A stretch of 64,000 nt of DNA, from the NCBI RefSeq assembly GCF_022045235.1, contig NW_027266274.1:4092001-4156000 (forward strand), given 5' to 3'. Origin of the DNA: Haliotis cracherodii (Eukaryota). Position 1 is the first letter of the stretch, and each line of letters starts with the position of its first letter. The notes under the pieces are model-generated. The model did no database searches, had not been told where the DNA came from, and saw only the letters and a list, made by a program, of their open reading frames with translations. Shown in pieces: positions 13,316 through 25,970 of the stretch. The position numbers and the translations under genes are program-made.

Positions 13316-13825
13316 GTTTGATCAATCCAAGTACACTCCACAAATATGAACGCCACAGCCTTGATACATGCATACATACAGCTGATCTGCTGGAACGGCA
13401 ATATACGACCTGTGCTATTTCTATACCTAGGCTGACTTTTCAATACAGTTTATGCCTGGACAATTCAACTCTTTTATACTGCAGTCGGGTCGGGAGGTTG
13501 GAGCTGTCAACCACAGTATGTATTACCTCGCTATAAAACATCATGAGCCGTCAATCATGCTACTGACGTGCAGTATACCACCCCCTTATAGGGCAGATCA
13601 TAGATACAATTGTATACTCACTTCAAAGACTCTTTCAAATCAGACCTCATTTTAAGGAATAAATGGTCCCAGACACAAGTTCAAGTCATGTGTTGGTTTG
13701 GAATCAGTTAGGCAGTCTTATAGTCATGATAGTGTTCGAACATCTCAAGTGACGTAAGTACGTACAGTTCTAGTGTGCAAGCACAACAGTTCCACTTCCT
13801 TGTTCTAAAGATTAGGTATTGTATA

Positions 13826-13922
13826 TAGGGTGGGTAGGGGAGACTGTAGGGTGGGCAGGGGAGACTGTAGGGTGGGCAGGGGAGACTGTAGGGTGGGTAG
13901 GGGAGACTGTAGGGTGGGTAGG
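13826..13922. repeat. 21-bp G-rich minisatellite, about 4.5 copies
   Basis: Unit GGGTGGG(T/C)AGGGGAGACTGTA. Confidence 0.9.
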
Positions 13923-14287
13923 ACACCTCAACCTGCCAGCTACCACACCTCATACTGAACCGACAGCTTAACTCCTGTTGATGGACAAACATTACATATA
14001 GCCAACGGAAAGATTCACCATTATAATGGGAAGGAAGGAATCTAACCTGAAGCTAAAATACGAGGGGCACAAAAGATGCTATGCACACTGGAGAAAACTG
14101 CATCTGCGATAAAGGTCACACAATGACATTTTGTAAAAAAACGTTTCCAGCCTACAAAGGAAAACCATTGCTCGAAATAATAGATACGTCATATCGCCAC
14201 ACACCGGGATGATGGTTGCTTACGGTCACCTCAGCACTCCATGTCCACAGCAACTGAACACAGTGATGTCACAACAGTTATATCTCA

Positions 14288-14357
14288 TAAAGATCCGGGT
14301 TACAACTGGTCTTCAGCAACCCATGCTTGTCGTAAGAGGCGACTAACAGGATTGGGA
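14288..14357 (+). mobile_element. SINE-like fragment, same family as 43115-43377
   Basis: AAGATCCGGG...GGTCTTC...ATGCTTGTCGTAAGAGGCGACTAAC is shared with the 43.1-kb copy. Confidence 0.6.
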
Positions 14358-14536
14358 CAAGACAAGATAAGCTAAGGGTGTCATTCAGAACAATCTCAAT
14401 TAACTAGAAGGTTGATAAACAGGCATTAGACTGTTGTTTTATTCTGGTGTTGATGGATAGGCAGCAAAAACATTTGCATGGATGGAGTCATATTCAGAGT
14501 GTGCATTAAAATACCATATACTCAAAGAATTTGGTA

Positions 14537-15050
14537 AAGTGATGGTGGTACCCCAGGCAGACATCAAGTGACGGTGGTACCCCAGGCAGACATCAAGTGA
14601 TGGTGGTTCCCCAGGCAGACATCAAGTGATGGTGGTACCCCAGGCAGACATCAAGTGATGGTAGTACCCAAGGCAGACATCAAGTGATGGTGGTACCCCA
14701 GGCAGACATCAGTGATGGTGGTACCCCAGGCAGACGTCAAGTGATGGTGGTACCCCAGGCAGACGTCAAGTGATGGTGGTACCCCAGGCAGACGTCAAGT
14801 GTTGGTGGTACCCAAGGCAGACATCAAGTGATGGTGGTACCCCAGGCAGACATCAGTGATGGTGGTACCCCAGGCAGACGTCAAGTGATGGTGGTACCCC
14901 AGGCAGACGTCAAGTGATGGTGGTACCCCAGGCAGACGTCAAGTGATGGTGGTACCCCAGGCAGACGTCAAGTGTTGGTGGTACCCCAGGCAGACGTCAA
15001 GTGATGGTGGTAGCCATGGCCGACGTCAAGTGACGGTGGTAGCCATGGCT
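14537..15050. repeat. 29-bp minisatellite, about 17 copies
   Basis: Unit AAGTGATGGTGGTACCCCAGGCAGAC(A/G)TC. Confidence 0.95.
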
Positions 15051-17251
15051 ACACTAGTTCAGTTCAGTAAGGTCTGCAGCTGGACTAAGTGTACTGTAGA
15101 GATCCTGGCTGTAATAACCTCTATTCAATGCTGCCAACATAGTAACATCTAGAATGTCTGGAAATCTCATCTGCGTAATTAGGCCCTTGTTTTTCTGCCC
15201 GCATCATTTCAGCTGCAGTACATGTTCTATTTTCTACCAAACCTACATTCAATATTGTGTATCAGATTTGTAGGAAAAACTAAGATAAACAACCAACAAA
15301 AATCCCAGCAGTTCTATTCCCGATCCTAAAGTCATCAAAGATGCAAATGCTAAACAGTCAACAGCCTTCCTTCAGGTGGGAAAATAGGATATAGCTGTAC
15401 AGTCTGACCTGTAACTGTCCTGTATCATGGCAACACTTCCATACCCACTGGCCCTGAATAAGTATTTACATCACCACCAAGTGGTTGAACTGTGAATTCT
15501 TGTATGTTTTGTAATGCGCAGAAATGACGGGAAGGGTTACTCTGTCTCGCCAAAATGAGTACAGTGTGTTCTCCATGTCTATAGTAATGTAAAACAGGTA
15601 CGGATGATGCCAATGAATCATACTGAATCATAATCGTCTGATGTCATTATTGTGTGTGGGAGAAAAGTCAGCCGAATATTCAAGCAAGGAATATTTGGGT
15701 TTCCCTGCACACACTCCAAATGAGCAAGGTAAAAGATGACCCAAGATTTCAAGGAAAATGTCATCACAGGCCATGATGTTTATCCCTCCGTGTTAAATGG
15801 ATAGCACTCAAGGTGCATTGTCAATGTCAAGTCTCCAACCAAATAATACATTTATTGCAAACTAATCATTTTGATCCCAATTCCTCAAAACTCAGCCGTA
15901 GAGGGCAATCTTCAGGATTTCCATTTTAAAAGTCACCTTCAGGTATCTTAGCCATCAACAGCATGAATCTAAACATTGGGGCTTATCATATGTTTCTGTT
16001 GGTGAGAGATATCATACCTCTTTACAAACTGCTTTTCTTAGATACAACATGATCAGCTGACTACAGAACAGCGGCACAATGCCAGGCGGGGAGGAGAGGG
16101 GGATCGGGGGAGGGTAACGATGCTAATATGAGGGATGGCGCTGCTGTTGTCACGGTGACTCTAAGCAGTGGTTGGGAACAGATATCTTGGTCGGGAAACT
16201 CACAACTTTAGCTTGTGCTTTGGCATACTGAGCACATATAGATGACCTGTACTTCAACTTTACCGGCTGGAATAGTCTCTTCCCTGGCTTGTAGTAATAG
16301 TAATAGTAGACTCACTGTAATTGCAGACACTGCACAACTTCTTATCTTAACAGATAACAAAAATAATAGTACCTTCAATTGATGAACTAAACAAAGTTTC
16401 TGAAATCACACAACCTATATTACTCTCAAACCATTTCAATTCGGGTAAGGGTACTCAATAGGTAATTTTCTACTGATGAATACAGATCTTATCAAGATGT
16501 TCCCACAAAGTCACTAATGTGTGGAAGATCACAAAATAAACGTGGTTTTGAATGTTTGCTGAGTTACATAAGGCCTTTATCCTGCACAGATCCGACATAA
16601 AACCCCAAGCCTGGAAGCACATGTCCGCTACCCGCTGATCTACCTTGTTCTCACACACCCTGTGGGAACCTGAATGTCAATCAAGCAACACTTATACCTT
16701 TTTACCTCTTCATGACTCACCAAAGTGGACAAAAACATGTTTAACAAGCCATTCAGAAATATACATCACCCTAGGCATTCACTTGTATGCAGAAAGAAAG
16801 GATCTCAATCCATCTATAGCAAACTTAATTGACAGATTTATGAGGAAATGTCACCGAGAGATATATGGGATGCAGGTAACCAGTCAAGGGAGTTAACTCC
16901 TTCTACAGGCATAAATCCCATTGACAATTGACATCAATATTGTTTCTCAAAATGTTGCAGATAGTTTTGCACAGAATATTGAGAGGCACTGCTTTTCTGG
17001 ACTGTTTATATGTTGGATACTGGTCCACTGAGCTGAAGATGTTCATGTTTACATGCTTTCCAAATAAGGCAAAGTCACATCGTCAACTTTGTTTTCATAC
17101 AGACTTATATAATAAATGGATATTCAATTTGGTGGACAAATAATTCCACAAACTAAACGGTAAGTCAAAGAGAAAGTTTTCCAATTATTGGTAGTTATTC
17201 CATTCCTTCTTTGTGTTTCTGGCAAAATGTGAAATTGAAGAATGAACTTAC

Positions 17252-17315
17252 CTGAATATCTCTTCTCATCTTTGGATCTGGATATGACTCGGCCATCTTG
17301 TGTAATTTGTTCCTC
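17252..17315 (-). CDS. Coding exon D (EEQITQDGRVISRSKDEKRYS-G); may be 5'-extended to ATG 17372 as an alternative first exon (MAKRWSTGSRM...)
   Basis: Acceptor tattcgcag|GAG (phase 0) and consensus donor TTCAG|GTAAGT (phase 1). An upstream in-frame ATG at 17372 has context actATGG. Confidence 0.7.
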
Positions 17316-17372
17316 CTGCGAATATTGATAAGAAACATTCATTCTACTTCCTGTACTCCAGCGTTTGGCCAT

Positions 17373-17600
17373 AGTGATATGCTAGACAGTCTATGTAATC
17401 AAGTCTGACTCTACAGCTGACACTGGACAGTGAGGGTGGGCTGTGACTATCACCGATGGCACCAGGATCTGCCAGGATCTGCCAGGATCTGCCAGGAACT
17501 TCGGGGTGGAGGCGGACACGGAAGTCAGTCCGTGGAACTAACACCTGGGTATTTGGGGGAAATGGCAGGAGTCGTCACAGAAGAAAAAAACGAAACCTTA
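17373..17600 (-). promoter_or_regulatory. Candidate internal promoter / 5'UTR
   Basis: Locally GC/CpG-richer, with an ETS-type CGGAAGT motif (about 17519-17525), a GC-box-like GGAGGCGG and a (ccaggatctg)x3 repeat just upstream of ATG 17372. Confidence 0.3.
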
Positions 17601-18860
17601 GATTGGGGAGACTAACACTTGTTGTGTATGGTGTCAATTTACAGCAGCCGATATACCTATGGTGGGAAGACAGAGTGGGTGTACCATTCGGCCTCTCTCT
17701 CAGTCCACACAAACACTCAGCCTCAATATACTGCCAAAGTGGTAAACATGCATCTGTAAACAAAGTCACAAAGGCTCAACTCCTTGGAGGATTTGCATGG
17801 AGTTTCAGATGAGGGTGGTGCGTGCATGATGTACATTGCCCTGAACTGCCCCCAGCCTTGTCCCTGCCACTGCTGTGTTATACAGGGGCAGCATGCTGGG
17901 ATCAACAAGCTTGAGGAACACATACTTGCTTCATTGCCAAGGCAGTACCTATACATGGAGATGCTATTTGGGCTTCCTTAGTGAATTTCTACATGCCCTG
18001 TTGTTAATGTGTATAGGCGGGTACCAATCTCTCACACTGCATGTGCTAAGCCTATGTTCGAGTGCAACCCTTCCTTCAATTATCACCGTCTTTCCACCGT
18101 GTGCTTTACCTGCACCAGGTAAACATCAGTCTCAGGTAAGTCTACCTTGATTCACTTTTTCTAGTTTCTAATTACTCTTCAGGTGAGTTTTAAAGTTCAG
18201 ACGTGACAGAAATGAGCGCATGCTATGAACGACTGCAATGTGCGCTTCATCAGTTGTGAGGGGTGCCCTAACCAGTGGGTCCAGTGTCATTTACGTCGTT
18301 ACTCAAACTGACATTCACATAGCTGACAAACTTCAAATAGTTAGAAACTTTCAGAGATTCCATTTAAAACAAGCTTCTCCACCCAGATTTTTTACAACTA
18401 AAATCATGAAAATATTAAACATTTACATGAATCATTAATTAACTTTCTGCGTGACATTTATTATTCTTAATGTTTCATTTAAATTGTTTTACCATATCAT
18501 TATGTTAGATAAGTAGCATTTTCTTCATGCTTTTCATTACAAATCTAAATGTCAAAGTTCAAAACAAACAAAAACAAACATAAAACACATACAAACAGCT
18601 AAGCAACACATTGGACAAACCCACACACCATATAGTGGAAAGAGTTACCACGACAACAAGGCAGACAGCATTACAGACAGACTGAGGCAGAAAAATACAT
18701 GCAGAAATAACAAGTTATTTGCAAAATACACAACATCAGGATTCTGCAGAACTCTAAACCTATTATGATGTTTTTCTTTGAGAACATGTTTTTTGGTCTA
18801 ACACTTTGTTTACACTTCATTTCACTATAGACATACAATGTCAACATTAGCCTGTACGTA

Positions 18861-18988
18861 GGGGGCAGTGGGGTTGGCTCTTCATACTAAAGGTCCGGGT
18901 TTGAAGTCCTTCATGATTCTTGGTGCCCCCTTCCATCACATGGCTAGAATATTGCTAAAGGCACCAAAACACACAAACTAACCCACTA
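18861..18988 (+). mobile_element. Degraded tRNA-derived SINE, same family as 61067-61228
   Basis: GGGGCAGTGGGG...CCGGGTTTGA...GGTGCCCC...GAATATTGCTAAAG. Confidence 0.5.
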
Positions 18989-20782
18989 TGAAAAAAGATA
19001 TTGAGAATTATTTTGTTTGAAAATAAATATAAAAATAAGGGTTTTTATCAACACAAAATGCTTGACTGCAGCCTTCTAAGTAGTGACTAGTTTGGTGGCC
19101 AAAAGCGACCTTAATCTATGATTGGCGACCTAAATTTATCTACTGCTCACCACTTGGCTACCTTGAAGTAAACATAACTGGTGACAATCTCTGTTTAAGA
19201 TATAAACAGATATTAATTACAAATCTCGTTTACCAAGTTGTGTTGGCATGGCCAATGTCAAAGACATAATTCATTAAAAATGTTTTATATCATATATATA
19301 TATTTACAGTTACTACATCTACAGGGGTTACGTTGATAGCTGGGGTATTTTGTAACCCTGTTGCATTTGCATGAACATAAGTGATATTGTACCAAAGGTA
19401 AATATTTACATTATTATTGAAAGTACCTGTCTATTACAATTGAATACCCATCTTCCCACCGTGAAGCCCCTCCACAAGTGTCCTATCTCCAATGAAACCT
19501 CTGGAAATATGTGTCCTATCATTGATTTTTGCTCCTTAGTATTGCTCCTTTGAAAAAAAGATTGATTCCTAAAAACTAAGTTTGGATCCTAAAATATTCA
19601 TGATTGTCTCCCTAACAAAAAAACAACAACTTAGAGGCCTATAATGAGATATGAAAGTAAGTGACATAAGCTTGAACCCAATTTAAACAGACTTTGTTAT
19701 TTCCTTGCCAGCTTGACGTGGAGAGAAAGTATCACCCTCATATCACTGACATTAACCCACCACCAGGGTATGGAGCTGACGGAAGGGTCACAATAGTCAG
19801 GGTGCACCAGGGATTTATTCCACAACTAGGATACCCATGTTCCCTTCACAAATGAGAAAGTTAAATGTTGATATTTAATATTGATAATATTAAAAATCTA
19901 ACTTTTAACATTAAAAACCCCACAAACACATTTGGTTTATATTGGTATGGTATATGTATTATGATATTCAGTAGTATACATCCACCGAATACTTTCTAGG
20001 GGATTATATATAATATACACCCATACACATTAATTATTCATTATGATGGGACTAATAGAATGAGTTGATAGCGAGGCTGATGTACGAAAAGATGATTATT
20101 TATAATGTGAATATTGTTTATATGATAATATTTTTGGTTTTATTATAAATTTGGAAATAATTTGAAAAACAATATCTTGTTGGATAATTGTGAAAAGGTG
20201 AAAAAATGTTTTACTGAAAAAGTGTATTCATTGAAATCATAAAGTGAAAATTCACACATGAACATTTATTCCAAAAACAAAGAGTTCTTTTGAAAATGTG
20301 TGAATAAAATTAACGGAGGGATGAATGAAGTGAAGTGAAACGGACAGCACCCATGACAGAAGGCTGCGATACAGAAATAAATACCATGTATTGATATAAA
20401 TAGTGACTATAAATGAATTGTGGTACACAATACAATGTTTGATAAAATATGCATCTGATCAAGTATTATCCAACTACATTTCCAAGAGAAATTTCAAGAT
20501 CCAAACAGGCCTCAAGTAAAATGTTTCTCTTACAGTCAAGGGGAGACAACTGAGATTTACAGTGCCTTGCATGAGTTTCTGAAATGACTTCTGCAGTCAT
20601 CAAATTCAAAACAATTGTGCTATATACCTAAAATGAATCCATTTATCATTCCAATCAGCGGACACAATATACAATATTCAGTTGAAGCAAGCGATTAAAC
20701 GTTTCTTCAGAGTTGGTTTATCTTAACTGCTTGGAAAATCACTTTGAAAGCAATGGATAATACATTCTGATGCATTACTCAC

Positions 20783-20914
20783 GATTACTCGAGAAGAGTG
20801 ATAACTGTGTACATTATCCGATTGGTTCAATCGGAGTGAAGTCGTTGAGGTATATTCTGGAGGATTTGGGCTCGAGGGAGAGAGTGAAATAAACGACCTG
20901 GATCTGTAGGTCAC
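20783..20914 (-). CDS. Internal coding exon C (44 aa, VTYRSRSFISLSPSSPNPPEY...HSSRVI)
   Basis: Acceptor tactcccag|GTG and donor ATC|GTGAGT; 132 nt, phase 0 to 0, open. Confidence 0.72.
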
Positions 20915-21230
20915 CTGGGAGTAATACATGCACTCCACCATTAATACAACCACATTTACACACTGTCGTGCAGCACATACAACAGGCTTCCTTATAACCT
21001 GTCATCACAGAGACAATAGCTGTCTATTTCTAGCAATGATGACGATGATGATGATAATGGTACCTAATAATGTTGTACATGTTTCTAAATGAAATTCTAA
21101 ATCTATACACTATTATGATTTAAAACATTATGCAGGAAAAATAATAATAAACACATATTTTGTCATCAAGTTGTAAAAACTGATAGTCCAATTCTGAAAT
21201 TCCTTGCTTGGAACACTGAGATAGAATTAC

Positions 21231-24200
21231 CTTATTCCTCGGGCTCTTTATTTGTGTGTTGCGGTTTTCTTCTGTGGACTGTTGCTCAAACAAGCTTTTT
21301 ATTGCTTGAACAGACTTGCGACGATTCCTGAGATCATTCAAACTTGGGTCACAGTAATTCCCTGTATTGTTCTGTACATGCTCCATAAGATTTGGCACTG
21401 ACAACGAAAATTTCGAAATGTTTGTCTCCATACTGCTGTGAGAAACCTTTTTCGATCTGAGTGTTCGAGACCGATGTCCATGGGATCCACACAACTCACT
21501 GTCATCACGAGCCTTCTTGCCAAAACTGGCCACTCTGTCATGCACAGACGTTTCCAGATGAACATCCACAAATGTTGTTTCTTCTGGCTGTTTTTTTTTG
21601 TTCCTGAAACGTGTCTGTTGGCCTGGATGAAAGGGTTCAGTATCACAGATTGCATGGCCTCCCTGTCTAGCAGGAGTTGAGGAGGACAGTGCCACTGGAG
21701 CCTCTGTTCCAGACATGAGCAGATCAAGACTAACATCACAGCCATCTTGGAAGGTTTCTGAATTAGCCTCTTCATCCAGAAGACTACCATTGATTGTTTT
21801 CTCTTCTGCATTGCTTTTCAAAGAGTCTAATTCCAAATTCTCTTCCCCAGTGACTGCCTTGGGTATTTCTCCATCATCTGAGGGTTCATCATCGTGTTTA
21901 TCAGGTTCCCCTGACACTTCATGGAGCAGAGTCACACCCTCTCCTTCTGCCTTAGGTATTTCTCCATCATCTGAGGGTTCATCATCAGGTTTAACAGGTT
22001 CCCCTGATGCTTCTTGGAGCAGAGTCACACCCTCTCCTTCTGCCTTTGGTATTTCTCCATCATCTGAGGGTTCATCATCATGTTTATCAGGTTCCCCTGA
22101 CACTTCATGGAGCAGAGTCACACCCTCTCCTCCTGCCTTTGGTCTTTCTCCATCATCTGAGGGTTCATCATCATGTTTATCAGGTTCCCCTGACACTTCA
22201 TGGAGCAGAGTCACACCCTCTCCTCCTGCCTTTGGTATTTCTCCATCATCTGAGGGTTCATCATCGTGTTTATCAGGTTCCCCTGACACTTCATGGAGCA
22301 GAGTCACACCCTCTCCTTCTGCCTTTGGTATTTCTCCATCATCTGAGGGTTCATCATCATGTTTATCAGGTTCCCCTGACACTTCATGGAGCAGAGTCAC
22401 ACCCTCTCCTCCTGCCTTTGGTATTTCTCCATCATCTGAGGGTTCATCATCATGTTTATCAGGTTCCCTTGACACTTCATGGAGCAGAGTCACACCCTCT
22501 CCTCCTGCCTTTGGTCTTTCTCCATCATCTGAGGGTTCATCATCATGTTTATCAGGTTCCCCTGACACTTCATGGAGCAGAGTCACACCCTCTCCTCCTG
22601 CCTTTGGTATTTCTCCATCATCTGAGGGTTCATCATCGTGTTTATCAGGTTCCCCTGACACTTCATGGAGCAGAGTCACACCCTCTCCTTCTGCCTTTGG
22701 TATTTCTCCATCATCTGAGGGTTCATCATCATGTTTATCAGGTTCCCCTGACACTTCATGGAGCAGAGTCACACCCTCTCCTCCTGCCTTTGGTATTTCT
22801 CCATCATCTGAGGGTTCATCATCATGTTTATCAGGTTCCCCTGACACTTCATGGAGCAGAGTCACACCCTCTCCTCCTGCCTTTGGTATTTCTCCATCAT
22901 CTGAGGGTTCATCATCATGTTTATCAGGTTCCCCTGACACTTCATGGAGCAGAGTCACACCCTCTCCTCCTGCCTTTGGTATTTCTCCATCATCTGAGGG
23001 TTCATCATCATGTTTATCAGGTTCCCCTGACACTTCATGGAGCAGAGTCACACCCTCTCCTTCTGCCTTTGGTATTTCTCCATCATCTGAGGGTTCATCA
23101 TCATGTTTATCAGGTTCCCTTGACACTTCATGGAGCAGAGTCACACCCTCTCCTCCTGCATCACCAGGGCAAGGTACACCACTACTTCCTGTGTGTTGGC
23201 AGGCTCTGTCCCAGACATACACTGAAATCTTTCTGTCCATCCCATCAGCACCAGCTGCAGCTTCTCCTGAAGTCATGTCTGCATGCCCACTGTACCCCTC
23301 TCTGTCCTTGGGGACATCTTTGTCATCACCATCATCTTGTTGTTCTGGATGACTGACTGATGTTTCTGTAACCATGGACACAATTTCAGTTTCAGACTCA
23401 GAATGCAACAATGAATCATTCGGTGTGTCCACATGCTCCTCAGTGAATGTTGTAGATGCATCTGCAGCAGCATTGGAAGAGTTGCCTACTACAGTAAGTG
23501 AGTTGCTAATATCTGGTATTGCATCCGTGTGAGGTATGATAGTTGTAAAGTGTTCTGGAATGTCAGTGGAAAGTGATGTGGCTGTGCTGTCTACTACATG
23601 ACAGGTTTTAGAAGGGTCACCTTCTTCATGGTTGCCCACTGCGTCACTCAGTTCTGCTGTACTCTGGCCCATCACTTCAACAGAGAAATCTGTCTCCCTG
23701 AAAAGCCTTTCATCTGTGTCCTTGCCCTGCTCTATCTCAACACCAGAACTACCAACACCACACACCCCGATGTCAGTGTCAGACTTCTTTAGATGTTTCT
23801 TAATACTGGTGACTGTGTCATCTTCCATGCTCTCATACTCACTGGATGTGTTTTCAGATGTAAACATGGTCTCCATACACTCCAAATGACTAGAATCTAC
23901 CTGTCTACTCCCCTGAACATCAGTGATAACAAAACTGTCAAGTCCATGAGCTGCTTCCACATTTACACTGTTTGACAGGCTATCCCCAATCCCAGTGACC
24001 TGATAACCTGACTTTGCAACCTGTGTCACAGGACATATGGACTCTTCCCCTGCGCCTGGATTCTCATTATCATCCATGTTATGCTTGTGTGCAGCCTCAC
24101 CGTCTTCTACTGCACTGGTGGCACTCTCTACAGCCATGTCGTGCTTGTGTGCAGCCTCATCGTCTTCTACTCCACCGGTGGCACTCTCTACAGCCATGTC

Positions 24201-25970
24201 ATCCTTGTGTGCAGCCTCACCGTCTTCTACTGCACTGGTGGCACTCTCTACAGCCATGTCATCCTTGTGTGCAGCCTCACCGTCTTCTACTCCACCGGTG
24301 GCACTCTCTACAGCGATGTCATCCTTGTGTGCAGCCTCATCGTCTTCTACTCCACCGGTGGCACTCTCTACAGCGATGTCATCCTTGTGTGCAGCCTCAC
24401 CGTCTTCTACTCCACCGGTGGCACTCTCTACAGCCATGTCATCCTTGAGTGCAACCTCATCATTTTCTACTCTACTGGTGGAAACATCAACCACCACATC
24501 CAAAGGGTCGTCGTGACTTGGCTCACTCCTACTGGAGACACTGACATCATCCTGAACATCGTCCAGGAGACTCCAGGACACATCCTGCCCACTTGGACTG
24601 TCCATAACGATGGCCGAGTCCTTTGTCACATCCGTCTCATCATCAGTCTTAATACTGTAGTTTGCCAGAGACATCTCAAGTGTTGAATCTAGACCAGTGT
24701 CATTCTGCTTCTCATCATCATCACCCTGTGCTTTAACTGAAGCCACAGTGCCAATTGTCCAAGCATCCTCTGACTTTGTAATATCCCCAGAGTTTATATG
24801 ACTGTTCTTCCTAGAAACCTCCTCCAAATCTGTACCTCCTGCACCAGGGTCTATCCCTATAGGGACAATTTGTCTCTCACAAACATCCAGGTCTTCTGTG
24901 GATACAACCTTTATATATTTGTATTCAGAATGTTCACCATCATTAAAGTTTTGGGTTTGCTCTGCAACTTTAATATGTTTCCTTTTTGTACTTTCACTGT
25001 CTTCTTGAGGAAACAATGCTGTTTTCCCACTTCTCTCTTCACTGTCTTCTTGAGGAAACAATGCTGTTTTCCCACTTCTCTCTTCACTGTCATCTTGAGG
25101 AAACAATGCTGTTTTCCCACTACTGTCTTCACTGTCTTCTTGAGGAAACAATGCTGTTTTCCCACTATTCTCTTCACTGTCTTCTTGAGGAAACAATACT
25201 GTTTTCCCACTACTCTCTTTACTGTCTTCTTGAGGAAACAATGCTGTTTTCCCACTACTCTCTTCACTGTCTTCTTGAGGAAACAATGCTGTTTTCCCAC
25301 TTCTCTCTTCACTGTCATCTTGAGGAAACAATGCTGTTTTCCCACTACTGTCTTCACTGTCTTCTTGAGGAAACAATGCTGTTTTCCCACTATTCTCTTC
25401 ACTGTCTTCTTGAGGAAACAATACTGTTTTCCCACTACTCTCTTTACTGTCTTCTTGAGGAAACAATGCTGTTTTCCCACTACTCTCTTCACTGTCTTCT
25501 TGAGGAAACAATACTGTTTTCCCACTACTCTCTTTACTGTCTTCTTGAGGAAACAATGCTGTTTTCCCACTACTCTCTTTACTGTCTTCTTGAGGAAACA
25601 ATGCTGTTTTCCCACTACTCTCTTTACTGTCTTCTTGAGGAAACAATGCTGTTTTCACACTACTCTCTTCACTGTCACAACTTTGTCGGTCAACATCATT
25701 GACTCCATCTTTATGTGCACTGTATCCGTCAGAGTCCTCACCAAAGCTGTCTTGTGACAGGGTCTTCTCTTCCGAGTCTCTGTCGCTGGACGTCATGGGG
25801 TCCTCTGCATTCCTCATGGTCTGCCCGAGCTCCTCATAGTGACAGCCCACCAGCACCACCGGCTTCATGTGCTCCTCCCACTGCCGCTCCACCCTCCGTG
25901 CCACCCCGATCTCCACCGTAACCTTACTTCTTGTAGTTGCCATTTCAGATTTGTCATCAAGAGCGGGCAT
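21231..25970 (-). CDS. Giant alternative N-terminal coding exon (1580 aa): highly acidic, intrinsically disordered, with 15-, 20- and 31-aa tandem repeats
   Basis: ORF 21120..25994; first ATG at 25970 (aagATG) with an in-frame TAA shortly upstream. Donor AATAAG|GTAATT after 21231 is phase 0 and joins in frame to the 20914 exon. About 2.3 kb of non-repeat sequence is also stop-free. Confidence 0.75.
21855..23160 (-). repeat. Coding 93-bp tandem repeat x14 (GEGVTLLHEVSGEPDKHDDEPSDDGEIPKAG)
   Basis: Direct reading of the sequence and of the 1624-aa translation. Confidence 0.95.
24075..24475 (-). repeat. Coding 60-bp tandem repeat, about 6.5 copies (AAHKDDMAVESATGGVEDGE)
   Basis: Direct reading. 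Confidence 0.95.
24995..25675 (-). repeat. Coding 45-bp tandem repeat, about 15 copies (SSGKTALFPQEDSEE)
   Basis: Direct reading. Confidence 0.95.

Noticed and set aside
16317-16346. Micro-exon reading DKKLCSVCNY (zinc-finger-like CxxC) after exon D
   Set aside because: It needs a weak AAG acceptor, and no continuing Cys/His exon was found in the window.
21120-21230. C-terminal tail of the 1624-aa ORF as a true terminus
   Set aside because: It follows a phase-0 donor and becomes AT-rich and intron-like, so it is more likely read-through into the intron.
21715-25757. Long plus-strand ORFs (545, 449, 319, 238 and 201 aa) and the alternative-frame 234-aa minus ORF
   Set aside because: They are shadows of in-frame coding repeats of the minus-strand exon and end near where the repeats end.
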